A DNA stretch of 64,000 nt from an uncultured Spirochaetales bacterium (lineage in GTDB: Bacteria; Myxococcota_A; UBA9160; UBA6930), in NCBI GenBank assembly GCA_964615365.1, contig CAZTOU010000011.1, positions 29,671 to 93,670 on the forward strand. The letters are read 5' to 3'. The notes below the pieces were generated by a model, which searched no databases, was not told the DNA's origin, and saw only the letters and a list, made by a program, of their open reading frames with translations. The translations under genes were made by a program, and so were the position numbers. Positions 25,996 through 36,152 of the stretch are shown here, piece after piece; position 1 is the first letter of the stretch; every line of letters starts with the position of its first letter.

Positions 25996-28329
25996 GTGTC
26001 GGTGCTCTTCGCCGCGGCCTACTTCGCGGTGGCCTGGCGGCCGGCGTGGGTGGTCCGCTTCCCCCGGGCGATCCTGCTTCTGATCGCCGGTCTCTCTCTC
26101 CTGGCGCTCGCCCCACTGGTCCGCTGGAATCCCCCAGGGCTCAACCTTCGCATCGATCCTTCGACGGAGCCCCTGCTGCGAAGGGGAGATCCGGCCGCAG
26201 AGGTGTATCGCCAGGCGGTCCGGGACTTCGGGGACGACGAGGTCTTCGCGATCGCCATGGAGTCGAAGGACGTCTTCCGGGTGGAGACGCTGGCGACGCT
26301 CCGGCGGGTCACCGACCGGATTGCGCAGTTCCCCGAGGTCCGGAAGGTCCAGAGCCTGAGCGACGTGGTCGCCTTCCGCTACGACGCCCAGAACGACTGG
26401 GTCGAAGTGGGGAGCTTCATGGACGAGATCCCCACCGATCCGCGAGAGCTCACGGTCTACCGGCAGCGCGCCCTGGCCGATCCCCTCTACCGGAAGACCC
26501 TGATCTCGGAGGACGGCGGGACCGCCGCGATCAACGTCACCTTCCGAAAGATGACCGACCAGCAGTTCATCGATTCGCGGATGGACGAGCGGATCCGGGC
26601 GGTTCTCGACCAGGAGACGAGTACCGAGGTCCGCTTTCACGTGGCGGGTCGCTCCCACATCAAGGTCCGCGTCTACTGGCTCATGCTGCGGGACCTTCGG
26701 GTCTTGATTCCGATGGCCCTCGGCGTGGTGGCGGCCGGCCTGTGGCTGGTCTTCGGGTGCTGGCGAGCCGTGCTCCTGCCGATGGCGGTCATCCTGATCT
26801 CCGCGCTCTGGACATTCGGCGCCATGGCCCATCTGGAGCGGCCGCTCTCGGTGCTCACCACCCTCCTGGCTCCGATGCTGGCCGCGATCGGAAGCGCCTA
26901 CGGAATCCACATGGTGTCGCGTTTCCAGGAGGAAGTGGCGCGCGCGCCCGAGCGGGCCAGCGCCGCGCTCGATTGTCTGCGACACATGCGCTTGCCCGTC
27001 CTGGTGGCCGGGTTCACCACCATGATCGGGTTCGGTGCCCTCCTGATCACGGACGTGCCGGCGGTCTTCGAGGTGGGGGCCTTCTCCGTGCTCGGTGTCG
27101 CATCCATCACCCTGCTCGTCCTCACCCTGCTGCCGGCGGCACTGGCGAAGTGGCCGCTTCGGTCCGAGCGGGAGGTTCCGGCGCGGGCGCTGAGCTCACG
27201 CATCGACGCCGGGCTCGATCGCGCCCTGGCGGCCGCGTGCCGGCTGGCGACGCGCCGGGCGACGCCGCTCCTGATCGGGTGGGCCGCCCTGGTGGTGTTC
27301 TGCGCGGCGGCGATCCCCCGCATCGTGATCGACACCGACTATCTGTCCTTCTTCGACGAGAGCACGGACCTCCGCCGCGAGTTCGAGGCGGTGAATCGCC
27401 TCCTGGCCGGTGCCGTTCCCATCTATATCTCGCTTCGCGCCGACGAGCCGGGAGCCTTCCGCGACTCGGAGGTGCTTCGCGCCGTGGAGCGCATTCAGCG
27501 GGAAGCGGATGCGATTCCCGAGGTGAGTCGAACCCTCTCGCTCGCCGATACGGTGCGGGTGATGAACCGGGTGGTGTCGCGGGACGACCCGGAGGCGGAG
27601 CGGATCCCCAAAGGTCGCGGTGCGGTGGCCGAGCTGATCTTCATGGCGCCCAAGGGAGACCTCGATCGCTACACCAACGTCAACCACAGCCGGGCCAACG
27701 TCCTGGTGCGCACCGGTGCCGTGGGCTCCGCCGCGGTGCGAGCCGTCGCGACAGAGCTCCGGACCGCGGTCTCGAAGGGCGCCCTGCCGGAGGGGATCGA
27801 GGCCTTCGTCACGGGGAACGCGATCCTCCTCTCCCGGAGCGCCGACGGCATCGCCCGCAGCCAGCCCCAGACGGTGGGTCTGGCCGCGCTTGCGATCTTC
27901 GTTCTGGTGACCGGGACCTTCCGGTCGCTCAGTCTGGGCTGGGTGGCGATGCTGCCGAATCTCGTCCCGGTGGTGATCTTCTTCGGGGCCCTCGGTCTCG
28001 GAGCCGCGCCGCTCTCCCTCCCCACCAGTCTGATCGGCAGCGTCGCCCTGGGCATCGCCGTCGACGACACGGTTCACTTCATGGTGCGGTACGGTCAAGA
28101 GCGTCGCGGCGGACTTTCGCCCGAGGAGGCGGCGATGCTCTGCGCTCGCCGCACCGGTCGCGCGATCGCCATCACTTCGTTCATGTTGATGGCCGGATTC
28201 CTGGTGGTGGGTCTCTCCAGCTTCACCACCCTGCGGCAGTTCGGCGTCCTCTCCGCCGCGACGATGGGCGTCTGCCTGCTGACCGACCTCGTCCTTCTCC
28301 CCGCTCTCCTGGTGCGTACCCGTTCCTGA
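25996..28329 (+). CDS. RND-superfamily MMPL/HpnN-like exporter (12 TM, two large periplasmic loops)
   Basis: Two repeated 6-TM halves with MMPL-type motifs (GSAYGIHMVSRF; GIAVDDTVHFMVRY). The track ORF start (25606) overlaps tRNA-Pro, so the true start is downstream. GTG 25996/26002 or ATG 25861 are candidates, and the start remains unresolved. Confidence 0.8.
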   Translation: MSVLFAAAYFAVAWRPAWVVRFPRAILLLIAGLSLLALAPLVRWNPPGLNLRIDPSTEPLLRRGDPAAEVYRQAVRDFGDDEVFAIAMESKDVFRVETLATLRRVTDRIAQFPEVRKVQSLSDVVAFRYDAQNDWVEVGSFMDEIPTDPRELTVYRQRALADPLYRKTLISEDGGTAAINVTFRKMTDQQFIDSRMDERIRAVLDQETSTEVRFHVAGRSHIKVRVYWLMLRDLRVLIPMALGVVAAGLWLVFGCWRAVLLPMAVILISALWTFGAMAHLERPLSVLTTLLAPMLAAIGSAYGIHMVSRFQEEVARAPERASAALDCLRHMRLPVLVAGFTTMIGFGALLITDVPAVFEVGAFSVLGVASITLLVLTLLPAALAKWPLRSEREVPARALSSRIDAGLDRALAAACRLATRRATPLLIGWAALVVFCAAAIPRIVIDTDYLSFFDESTDLRREFEAVNRLLAGAVPIYISLRADEPGAFRDSEVLRAVERIQREADAIPEVSRTLSLADTVRVMNRVVSRDDPEAERIPKGRGAVAELIFMAPKGDLDRYTNVNHSRANVLVRTGAVGSAAVRAVATELRTAVSKGALPEGIEAFVTGNAILLSRSADGIARSQPQTVGLAALAIFVLVTGTFRSLSLGWVAMLPNLVPVVIFFGALGLGAAPLSLPTSLIGSVALGIAVDDTVHFMVRYGQERRGGLSPEEAAMLCARRTGRAIAITSFMLMAGFLVVGLSSFTTLRQFGVLSAATMGVCLLTDLVLLPALLVRTRS

Positions 28330-28335
28330 CCCGGG

Positions 28336-29211
28336 TCAGTGGGATTCCAGGCGGCGCAGATCGAAGGCCTTTTTCGTGAGATCGGGATTGGGGTCGAGTT
28401 CCTCGACGCTGAGGGTGGTGAAGCTGTCGAGCTGCAGGTTCTTCATGGTCAGCGAGCCGGGCCAGTAGATGCCGCCGATCTTCTTGATGTCCGCGGCGGG
28501 CGCGGTGAGCTCCTTCACCAACAGGTCGCGCTCGTCCCAGTAGAGGGTGAGCAGCGGCACGCAGCTCGGCTTGTCGACGTGGACCACGAAACGCGCGTAC
28601 TCCGAATCCGTGTGCTCCCTGGGGACGATCTCCACCACGTAGGTGGTGGAGCCCTGCACCACCTTGTCGGGGAGACGCCGGTAGTCGCTCTCCTCGATCT
28701 CCCGGGGCACGAGATCCTCGAAGGTGAAATCGGTTCCGAAGACCGCCTCGCGGCGGAGATTCACCCGCCGGATGCGACGCGACGCGGCCAGGTACACGAA
28801 CTGATCGCTCGACCGCAGGTGGTTGTTGATGATCAGGTAGCCGGAGAAGCGCAGGTCGAAGGGGTCGAGGTACTTGACGAGGGTCTTGGAGAGCACTCCT
28901 TCGCCGGGCTCCCCGCTCTCGTCCCGGAAGCTGCTCCACGTCATCCGGAGCCGCGACGCCTGGGTGCTGCCACCGCGGTCTCCCGACAGCAGTGTCGAGT
29001 GCTGAACGTAGGAGTCGAACCGGTTGTCCAGGACGCACTGGTAGATGTCCCGACCGCTCCGGTCGGCGTCGGGCGGGCGCTCGTCCGCTACCGGCTCAGG
29101 CTGTGTTGGCGCGGCGTGAGCGGGCTCGGCGCCCGCGGTGGCCGGAGCGCACCACAGGCACAGGGTCAGGACGACCATCTGGACGAGGCCAAGGGGAAAT
29201 TGGGCGCGCAT
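28336..29211 (-). CDS. Outer-membrane lipoprotein-sorting (LolA-like) protein, the usual partner of MMPL exporters
   Basis: 291 aa with a signal peptide and motifs ...Y.P...R...YL......D.F.YL...RR.RR.......F.G.DFT.ED characteristic of the LolA-like DUF family. It is convergent with the RND gene, with a 6-nt gap. Confidence 0.7.
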   Translation of the reverse strand: MRAQFPLGLVQMVVLTLCLWCAPATAGAEPAHAAPTQPEPVADERPPDADRSGRDIYQCVLDNRFDSYVQHSTLLSGDRGGSTQASRLRMTWSSFRDESGEPGEGVLSKTLVKYLDPFDLRFSGYLIINNHLRSSDQFVYLAASRRIRRVNLRREAVFGTDFTFEDLVPREIEESDYRRLPDKVVQGSTTYVVEIVPREHTDSEYARFVVHVDKPSCVPLLTLYWDERDLLVKELTAPAADIKKIGGIYWPGSLTMKNLQLDSFTTLSVEELDPNPDLTKKAFDLRRLESH

Positions 29212-29254
29212 TCCTTCTTCTCTCTCGACCCGGCCGGGTCGCTTCCAGTCGATC

Positions 29255-29933
29255 CTATCCGGCAGCCTCCTTGCGGAGCTCCGCGATGGTGGCTGCGTAG
29301 TTCGGCTTACGGAAGATCGCCGAGCCGGCGACGAACGCGTTGGCGCCGGCTCGCGCCACGCGGCCGATGGTGCCGGGGCCGACGCCCCCGTCCACCTCCA
29401 GATCGATCGCCAGCTCGCGCTCGTCGATCCAGCGCCGGATCTGGGAGATCTTGGGCAGGACGCTCTCGATGAACTTCTGGCCTCCGAAGCCCGGGTTGAC
29501 CGTCATCACCACCACCTGATCGACGTCTTCGAGGATGGGCTCTAGATCGGTCGCCGGGGTCGATGGGTTGAGCGCCACCGCCGCCCGCGCCCCCGCCTCG
29601 CGGATGTGCGCCACGGTGCGGTGCAGATGCGTGCAGGCCTCGACGTGGACGGCGATCCGATCCGCACCTGCGGCGGCGTACGTATCGATGAAGGCATCCG
29701 GCGACTCGATCATCAGGTGGACGTCGAGAGGCAGACTGGTCGCCGCGCGGGCGGCCTCGATCACCACGGGGCCGATGGTGAGGTTGGGCACGAAGTGGCC
29801 GTCCATCACGTCCACGTGGATCCAGTCGGCGCCGCCCTCGTCCACGGAGCGGATCTCTTCCCCGAGCCGGGCGAAGTCGGCGGAGAGGATCGAGGGCGCG
29901 ATCAGATGTATCGGCGTGCTCACGGGTTTCGCT
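29255..29933 (-). CDS. rpe: Ribulose-phosphate 3-epimerase
   Basis: GTG at 29933 ([23 protein letters not shown]...[15 protein letters not shown]; [11 protein letters not shown]). The rest of the 518-aa track ORF upstream is rsmB read out of frame. Confidence 0.92.
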
Positions 29934-31344
29934 CCAGCCGGGCGGCGAAGAAGCCGTCGGTGTCGTGAAGGTGGGGGAAGCTCCGCAGATAGCCGTCCGC
30001 GCCGATCAGGCGACGCGTCGGCTCGGGAGCCGCGTCGGCCGGCAGCAGGCGGCAATCCCGCGCCTCGGAGAGAAGCGACCCGACCACCATCTCGTTCTCC
30101 TCGGGGAGCAGCGTGCAGGTACTGTAGACGAGCACGCCGCCGGGTCTCAAGACGGCGGCTGCGTTTCGGAGGATGCCCGTCTGGATCTCCGCCAGGCGTG
30201 CGGGGTCGCCGGGGCGCACCCGCCAGCGCGCGTCGGGGTTCCTGCGAAGGGTGCCGAGGCCGGAGCAGGGTGCGTCGACCAGGATCCGGTCGAACACACC
30301 CCCACCGGCGATCCCGTCGAGCGGGCGCATCGCGTCGTGCTCGCAGGTGGTGATGTTGCTGAGACCGAGCCTGCGGGCGTCTCGTCCCACCAGACGGAGC
30401 CGGCGGGCATTGCGATCCATTGCGACGACCTCGCCGGCGTCGCCGATCTCCTCGGCGATGGCGGTCGTCTTGGTTCCGGGAGCCGCACAGACGTCCAGGA
30501 TGCGTTCTCCCGGCTTCGGCCCCAGGTAGGCGACGACGAGCTGGGATGCTTCGTCCTGGAGGGTGTAGCGACCCTCCAGGAAGGCCGGATCGCGCCCCGG
30601 GTGGCCGCGGTGCCCGAGCACGACTCCACGGGGAGCGAGCTGGCAGGGGCGGGCGTCGGGGAGGCGCGGCCCGAGCTCCTCGATCAGGGTCTCGCGGGTG
30701 CATCGACGCGGGTTCACCCGAGCCGTGAGCGGGGGCACCGAGTTCGAGGCCTTCGCCAACGCGGCCGCCTCCTCGGCGCCGAAGAGCGCGAGCCATCGCT
30801 CGGCGATCCACGGCGGGAGCGAGAGCACGGCGGTCAGGTGGGCCATCGGATCCACCTTCAGGTCCGGAAGGGGGATCTTGTCGTGGATCCGCGCCAGCCG
30901 TCGCAGCACGGCGTTCACGAGGCTCGTCGCCCTTTCCGCACCGACCGCCCGCGCGCAGCGCACCGTCTGGTCGACGGCGGAGGCGTCGGGAACGTTTCTC
31001 GTGAAGACGATCTGGTAGGCGCCGAGTCGGAGCAGGGTGGCCACCAGGGGCTCGAGGGTGTCGAAGTCGCGGTCGAGCACCCGAGACAGCAGGAAGTCGA
31101 GCCGACCGCGCCAGCGCAGGGTTCCGTAGACGAACTCGGTGGCTAGGGCGCGATCGGCGGACGCGAGGTGGGTTCTCCGCAGCTCCGCGTGCAGCGCGAG
31201 ATCCGCGTAGGCGCCGGCGCGTTCCACCCGTTCGAGCACCCGAACCGCGAGAAGGCGCGTCTGCGTCGGCGTTCCGCTCCGGCGCGGTCCGGCTTCGCTC
31301 CGCGGGCTCCCTCGGTGCCGCCGTTGTCGTTTCGCCTCGAGCAT
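29920..31344 (-). CDS. rsmB: 16S rRNA (cytosine967-C5)-methyltransferase RsmB
   Basis: 474 aa: a NusB-like N-terminal domain, the SAM motif [11 protein letters not shown] and catalytic motifs D.PCSG.G and YSTC. Confidence 0.9.
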   Translation of the reverse strand: MLEAKRQRRHRGSPRSEAGPRRSGTPTQTRLLAVRVLERVERAGAYADLALHAELRRTHLASADRALATEFVYGTLRWRGRLDFLLSRVLDRDFDTLEPLVATLLRLGAYQIVFTRNVPDASAVDQTVRCARAVGAERATSLVNAVLRRLARIHDKIPLPDLKVDPMAHLTAVLSLPPWIAERWLALFGAEEAAALAKASNSVPPLTARVNPRRCTRETLIEELGPRLPDARPCQLAPRGVVLGHRGHPGRDPAFLEGRYTLQDEASQLVVAYLGPKPGERILDVCAAPGTKTTAIAEEIGDAGEVVAMDRNARRLRLVGRDARRLGLSNITTCEHDAMRPLDGIAGGGVFDRILVDAPCSGLGTLRRNPDARWRVRPGDPARLAEIQTGILRNAAAVLRPGGVLVYSTCTLLPEENEMVVGSLLSEARDCRLLPADAAPEPTRRLIGADGYLRSFPHLHDTDGFFAARLERNP

Positions 31345-32322
31345 TCAGTGTGGGAGCTTAGCAGTGGGAGGTTCATTCCACAGACGCGCACCGTCGGAAA
31401 TCGGACGACCGCGCTGGAGTTCCCGCACGTCGAGAGCTCGTCCTCCCGGCCGCTGCAGGATGCGCGGGACCAGCCACCCCTCTCCGGTCGCGATGCGGAG
31501 GATTCCGTCGTCGGCGACGCGCACGGTTCCCGGCGCGTCTTCACTGGATTCGGAAATCGCCTCCGCCGCCAGGATGCGCAAGGGCTGGTCGCCCTCCATG
31601 GCGAAGGCACCGGGCTTCGGCGCCATCGCGCGCACGCGCCGGGCCAGGGCGGCGGCGGCTTCGGTGAAGTCGAGGCGGGCGTCGTCGCGCTCGATCTTCG
31701 GTGCCAGTGTGGCGAGGGAATCGTCCTGGTCGGTCCAGACGATGCGATCGGCCGCGATCACGTCCACGGTCTCGACGATCAGGTCGGCGGTGAGATGGGC
31801 GAGCCGCTCCGTCAATGATCCCGTGTTCTCGTCCGGCGCGATGGTGATGGAGCGCATCGCCGCCACGGGTCCTGCGTCCATCTCGCGCTCCAGGCGCATC
31901 ACCGACACGCCGGTCTCGGTATCCCCGGCGAGGATGGCGTGGGCGATGGGGGCCGCCCCGCGGAAGCGCGGGAGCAGGCTCGCGTGGCCGTTGATCAGGT
32001 ACCCCAGCTTCGGAAGCTCACGGATGCGTTTCGCAACGAACTGGCCGAAGGCGACGACGACGCCGAGATCCGGCGCGAAGGCGCGCAGCTCCTCGGCGAA
32101 TTCCGGCGTGTTCACGTTCTCCGGTCGAAGCAGCGGCTTCCCGGCGGCGAGGGCGACCTCCGCGACGGGAGACGGAGAGAGCCTTCTTCCGCGCCCGCGC
32201 GGGCGGTCCGGCTGGGAGACGACGGCGACCACCGGATGGGAGCCCGCCAGCAGACGTTCGAGGGTGGGGACCGCGAACTCGGGGGTGCCATAGAAGGCGA
32301 GGTGGAGAGATCGCGAGCTCAG
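31345..32322 (-). CDS. fmt: Methionyl-tRNA formyltransferase
   Basis: Fmt motifs ([30 protein letters not shown]). No ATG/GTG/TTG is available near the conserved N-terminus. A CTG at 32322 overlapping the def stop (CTGA) is the best candidate start. Confidence 0.88.
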   Translation of the reverse strand: MSSRSLHLAFYGTPEFAVPTLERLLAGSHPVVAVVSQPDRPRGRGRRLSPSPVAEVALAAGKPLLRPENVNTPEFAEELRAFAPDLGVVVAFGQFVAKRIRELPKLGYLINGHASLLPRFRGAAPIAHAILAGDTETGVSVMRLEREMDAGPVAAMRSITIAPDENTGSLTERLAHLTADLIVETVDVIAADRIVWTDQDDSLATLAPKIERDDARLDFTEAAAALARRVRAMAPKPGAFAMEGDQPLRILAAEAISESSEDAPGTVRVADDGILRIATGEGWLVPRILQRPGGRALDVRELQRGRPISDGARLWNEPPTAKLPH

Positions 32323-32879
32323 AGGGACGTTCCGAGGCTCGAAGAACGCGGCTTGTCTTCGCCCTCTTCTTCGAGCTTCAGCGCCTTCTTCCGCCTCTTC
32401 ACGTACATGCTCCGCTTCAAGCGGCTGATTCGGTCGATGAAGAGGATGCCGTCCAGGTGATCGATCTCGTGCTGGAAGCACACCGCGCGCAGGTCGTCGA
32501 CCTCTTCGACCACCTCCCGGCCGTCGAGGTCCAGCCCGCGGATCCGCACCCTCTGGGCCCGCTCCACGTCGGCCTGGAAGTCGGGAACCGAAAGGCAGCC
32601 CTCGGTCCAGGTGATGGATCCCTCGCGCTCGAGGATCTCCGGGTTGACGAGCACCAGCGGATCGCGCTCGGCTCCCTCCTCGGTCCATCCGGTATCGACG
32701 ACGATCAGGCGAATCGACTCCCCGACCTGGGGCGCTGCCAGGCCGATGCCGGGCTCGTCGTACATCACCTCGAGCATGTCCGCGGCCAGCGCGCGAATCG
32801 CGTCGTCGATCTTCTCGATCGGCTCGGATACGCGCTTGAGACGGGGATCGGGAAACTGGAGGACTTCTCGGAGCGCCAT
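32319..32879 (-). CDS. def: Peptide deformylase
   Basis: ATG at 32879 (MALREVLQFPDPRLK). Motifs GIGLAAPQVG, EGCLS and HEIDHL. It has a Lys/Glu-rich C-terminal tail. Confidence 0.93.
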   Translation of the reverse strand: MALREVLQFPDPRLKRVSEPIEKIDDAIRALAADMLEVMYDEPGIGLAAPQVGESIRLIVVDTGWTEEGAERDPLVLVNPEILEREGSITWTEGCLSVPDFQADVERAQRVRIRGLDLDGREVVEEVDDLRAVCFQHEIDHLDGILFIDRISRLKRSMYVKRRKKALKLEEEGEDKPRSSSLGTSL

Positions 32880-32914
32880 GGCTGCCACCGAGGGTAGCAG
32901 CGTGGGGACGGGCT

Positions 32915-35374
32915 TCAAAGCATGTCGACCGGGTTGACGTCGACGCGCACGCGAATCGCGCCGGGGAGTTTCTCCCCTGCAGCCGCCACGCGGCGCCCCG
33001 TCCGCCACACCGCTTTGTGATCGCCGCCCTTGACCAGCAGCTGGAAGCGATGACGACCGCGGAGCCGCGCGATCGGCGCGGGTGCCGGCCCCAGCACCTC
33101 GCAACCATCGCCGCTCCGCGAGGCGCGCGCCAGCTGCGCCGCCGCGTCGCGGACCGCCTTCTCCTCGGTGCCGGAGACGACGACCTGCGCCAGCCGTCCG
33201 AACGGCGGGTAGCCGAGTTCGGACCGATGGGCGATCTCCTCGGCGTAGAAGCGCTCGTAGTCGTGGTCCAGGACCGGTTGGATGGCGTAGTGGCCGGGGT
33301 TGAAACTCTGCACGATCACGCGGCCGGGGCTCGCGCCTCGACCGGCGCGGCCCGCCACCTGGGTGAGCAGCTGGAACGTGCGTTCAGCAGCGCGAAAATC
33401 CGGGAAGTGCAGGCCGAGGTCGGCGTTCACGACGCCGACCAGACGCACCCCGGGGAAGTCGTGTCCCTTGGCCACCATCTGCGTGCCGACCAGCACGTCC
33501 ACCTCACCCGCGCGCAGCGCGTGCAGGATCGCCTTCCCGGTGCCGTGACTGGCGGTGTCGCGGTCCAGGCGGGCGATGCGCGCGTCCGGGAAATGGCTGC
33601 GGACCTCCTCTTCGAGTCTCTCGGTTCCGACTCCCAGGAGGGCGGCCTCGCGCGCGCCGCAAGCGGGGCAGACCTCGGGTGGCGGCGTCTGGAAGTCGCA
33701 GTAGTGGCAGCGCAGGCGGTCGTCGCGCGAATGGTAGGTGAGCGCGATGTCGCAGTGCTTGCAGCGCTCCACGTGGTGGCATTCGAAGCAGACGATCTGC
33801 GTCGAGAAGCCGCGTCGGTTCAGAAACAGGATGCACTGCCCCTTCTCGGACAAGGCCTCGCGAATCCCCCGAAGCAGCAGGGCGGACAGGATCAGCTTGC
33901 GGCCCCGTGGCAGCACCGCGCGTTCGCGAGCCAGATCGACCAGCTCCACGGAGGGCAGCGGGCGGCCGCCGATCCGGTGTCGGAGCGTGAGGCGCCGCAG
34001 CCGGTTTCGCTCGGCGGCGTGTCGCGTCTCCAGCGCCGGCGTGGCCGAGCCGAGGATCAGCGGGCAGCTCGCGGCACGGGCTCGCCGGAGAGCCAGGCTG
34101 TGCGCGTGATAGCGGAACCCCTCCTCGTTCTTGTAGGCGGTGTCGTGCTCCTCGTCGATCACGATCACACCGAGGTCCTCGATGGGGGCAAAGAGCACGG
34201 AGCGGGCGCCCACCGCGATCGGCGTCTGACCGCCACGCAGGCGTTCCCACTGGGCGAGTCGTTCGGAGGGCCGGAGTCCGCTGTGCAGCACCGCCAGTCG
34301 GTCGCCGAAGCGCGCGCGCAGGCGGCCGAGGATCTGGTGGGTGAGGGTGATCTCGGGGACCAGAACCAGGGCCTGCCGCCCGATACGAAGGGCGTCTGCC
34401 ACCGCGCGCAGGTAGACCTCGGTCTTGCCGCTACCCGTCACGCCGTGGAGCAGAAAGGTCTCGCTGCGGCGTCCGGTGACCGACTCGCCGATCTCGCGGC
34501 AGGCGACGCGCTGCTCCCCGGTCAAGGTGAGGGCAGCCCCTTCCTCGCTTCCCAGCCCCACCGAGCCGGTCAGTGGCGCGGGACGGGTTTCCACACGCAC
34601 CAGCCCTCGCTTCTCCAGGCTCCGCAGCAGACCCGCCGCTCCCTTCACGCGGCCGGCCAGGACGGAAGTCTCGAGGGGGCCACTGGCGCCCAGCTCGCGC
34701 AGCAGCTCCGCCTGGCGGGGGGCTCGTCGCAGCTCCTCCTCACAGCTGGCCTCGACGTTCACGCCGGGCCGAAGAGTCGCGATTCGCACCCGGGCCGCGC
34801 GGACCCGCGGGCCGCGCTCCAGGGCCACCGGTGCGACGAGGCGATCCCTCTCGAGGAGGGGGAGGGCGGCGGCGGCCGCGCCCGCCCGACGGCGGAGCAC
34901 GCCGAGAGCGAGCGGACCCTCCTCGAGGAGACGGAGCAGCCGGAGAATGTCGCCGGTGGCCGCTCTGAGACGCAGCGCCTCGCGGCCCCTGGGTGTGAGC
35001 CCCATCCCTCGGAGGGACCGGGGTGCGGAGCCCGAGGGAATCGCCGCCGCCAGGGCGATGCCCAGAGGACAGAGCACGGCCTTGGCTTCTTCGCGTAGGA
35101 TGGTGATCATGGAGGCCGACAGCACCGGCTCGGGGTCGAGGACGCGCTCGATGCTCCGCAGCCTCCCGCGGGCCCCGCGGGAGGGCTGGGAGGTCAGCTC
35201 GACGACCACGCCGGTGAGGGTCCGGCTCTCGAAGGGCACCCGGACCCGATGGCCGACGCCGACCGTCGCCTCCTGCTCCGAGGGGATCGCGTAGTCGAAG
35301 AGTCGATCGACCGGAATCGGAAGCGCGACCCGAGCGGTGCCTGCTACCGGTGAAGAGAAGAGGTCGTCGAGCAT
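32915..35374 (-). CDS. priA: Primosomal replication-restart helicase PriA
   Basis: 819 aa with Walker A (HGVTGSGKT), DEEH, the Cys-rich Zn-finger region (C..C......C..C...L..H......L.CHYC) and a C-terminal domain. Confidence 0.92.
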   Translation of the reverse strand: MLDDLFSSPVAGTARVALPIPVDRLFDYAIPSEQEATVGVGHRVRVPFESRTLTGVVVELTSQPSRGARGRLRSIERVLDPEPVLSASMITILREEAKAVLCPLGIALAAAIPSGSAPRSLRGMGLTPRGREALRLRAATGDILRLLRLLEEGPLALGVLRRRAGAAAAALPLLERDRLVAPVALERGPRVRAARVRIATLRPGVNVEASCEEELRRAPRQAELLRELGASGPLETSVLAGRVKGAAGLLRSLEKRGLVRVETRPAPLTGSVGLGSEEGAALTLTGEQRVACREIGESVTGRRSETFLLHGVTGSGKTEVYLRAVADALRIGRQALVLVPEITLTHQILGRLRARFGDRLAVLHSGLRPSERLAQWERLRGGQTPIAVGARSVLFAPIEDLGVIVIDEEHDTAYKNEEGFRYHAHSLALRRARAASCPLILGSATPALETRHAAERNRLRRLTLRHRIGGRPLPSVELVDLARERAVLPRGRKLILSALLLRGIREALSEKGQCILFLNRRGFSTQIVCFECHHVERCKHCDIALTYHSRDDRLRCHYCDFQTPPPEVCPACGAREAALLGVGTERLEEEVRSHFPDARIARLDRDTASHGTGKAILHALRAGEVDVLVGTQMVAKGHDFPGVRLVGVVNADLGLHFPDFRAAERTFQLLTQVAGRAGRGASPGRVIVQSFNPGHYAIQPVLDHDYERFYAEEIAHRSELGYPPFGRLAQVVVSGTEEKAVRDAAAQLARASRSGDGCEVLGPAPAPIARLRGRHRFQLLVKGGDHKAVWRTGRRVAAAGEKLPGAIRVRVDVNPVDML

Positions 35375-35414
35375 GGGTGCAGTGTACAGGTCGGGGCTCG
35401 GATCTCGCGTGGTG

Positions 35415-36080
35415 ATGCGCGACGGCGTCCGGGAGCTTCACGTCGACGGGACCTTCGCGTCCCGCTACGAGCCGGGTCGCGTTACCACCGGACCCGTATG
35501 GGATGCTCTGGCCGCGGGAATCGCGGCCCTTCCCAGTCGGCGCCGGCGCTCCGTGCTGCTGCTGGGACTGGGCGGGGGGAGCGCGGCACGGGTGGCGCGC
35601 GCGCTGGCTCCCCGGGCGCAGATCGTCGGCGTGGAGATCGACCCCAGCGTGGTTCGGCTCGCCCGGCGCTGGTTCGACCTGGACGAGCTCGGCATCGAGG
35701 TGGTCCTCGAAGATGCGCGCGCCTACCTGGAGCGCTGCAGGAAGCGCTTCGATGCGGTTCTCGAGGACGTCTTCATCGGCACCGGTCGCGACGCCGTCAA
35801 GCCGGACTGGCTCCCGCAGCCGGGGCTCGACCGGGCCAAGGCTCGCCTGGCGCGGTATGGAGTTCTCGCCAGCAACGCCCTGGACGAGGCCCCCGCCGTC
35901 TCGGCGACGATGGGCGATCTCTTCCCCGGCGTGGTGCGGATCGAGGTCGAGGAGTACGACAACCAGATCTTCGTGGGCTGCTCTCGCGGGCTCACCGGCC
36001 GAGAGCTGCGCCGCGCGGTGGCCGCGACCCCGATCCTCGCGCCGACCCTGCCCCAGCTCTCCTTCCGCAGCCAGCGCTGA
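35415..36080 (+). CDS. Spermidine-synthase-like class I SAM-dependent methyltransferase
   Basis: SAM-binding motif VLLLGLGGGS followed by VGVEIDP.VV..A. The start is ambiguous: ATG 35415 (MRDGVRELHVDG), or ATG 35373, which would share a CATG with the priA start. Confidence 0.6.
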   Translation: MRDGVRELHVDGTFASRYEPGRVTTGPVWDALAAGIAALPSRRRRSVLLLGLGGGSAARVARALAPRAQIVGVEIDPSVVRLARRWFDLDELGIEVVLEDARAYLERCRKRFDAVLEDVFIGTGRDAVKPDWLPQPGLDRAKARLARYGVLASNALDEAPAVSATMGDLFPGVVRIEVEEYDNQIFVGCSRGLTGRELRRAVAATPILAPTLPQLSFRSQR

Positions 36081-36082
36081 CC

Positions 36083-36152
36083 AGCGGGGACGTTCCTTGC
36101 GTTCTTGCATTTCGGGATCCCGAAATGCAAGAACGCAAGGAACGTCCCCGCT
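36083..36152. repeat. Perfect 70-bp palindrome (35-bp arms, no spacer) between convergent genes; putative bidirectional terminator
   Basis: agcggggacgttccttgcgttcttgcatttcgggat|atcccgaaatgcaagaacgcaaggaacgtccccgct, checked base by base. It starts 3 nt after the TGA of the + gene and overlaps the stop codon of the - gene (36151-36153). Confidence 0.9.
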
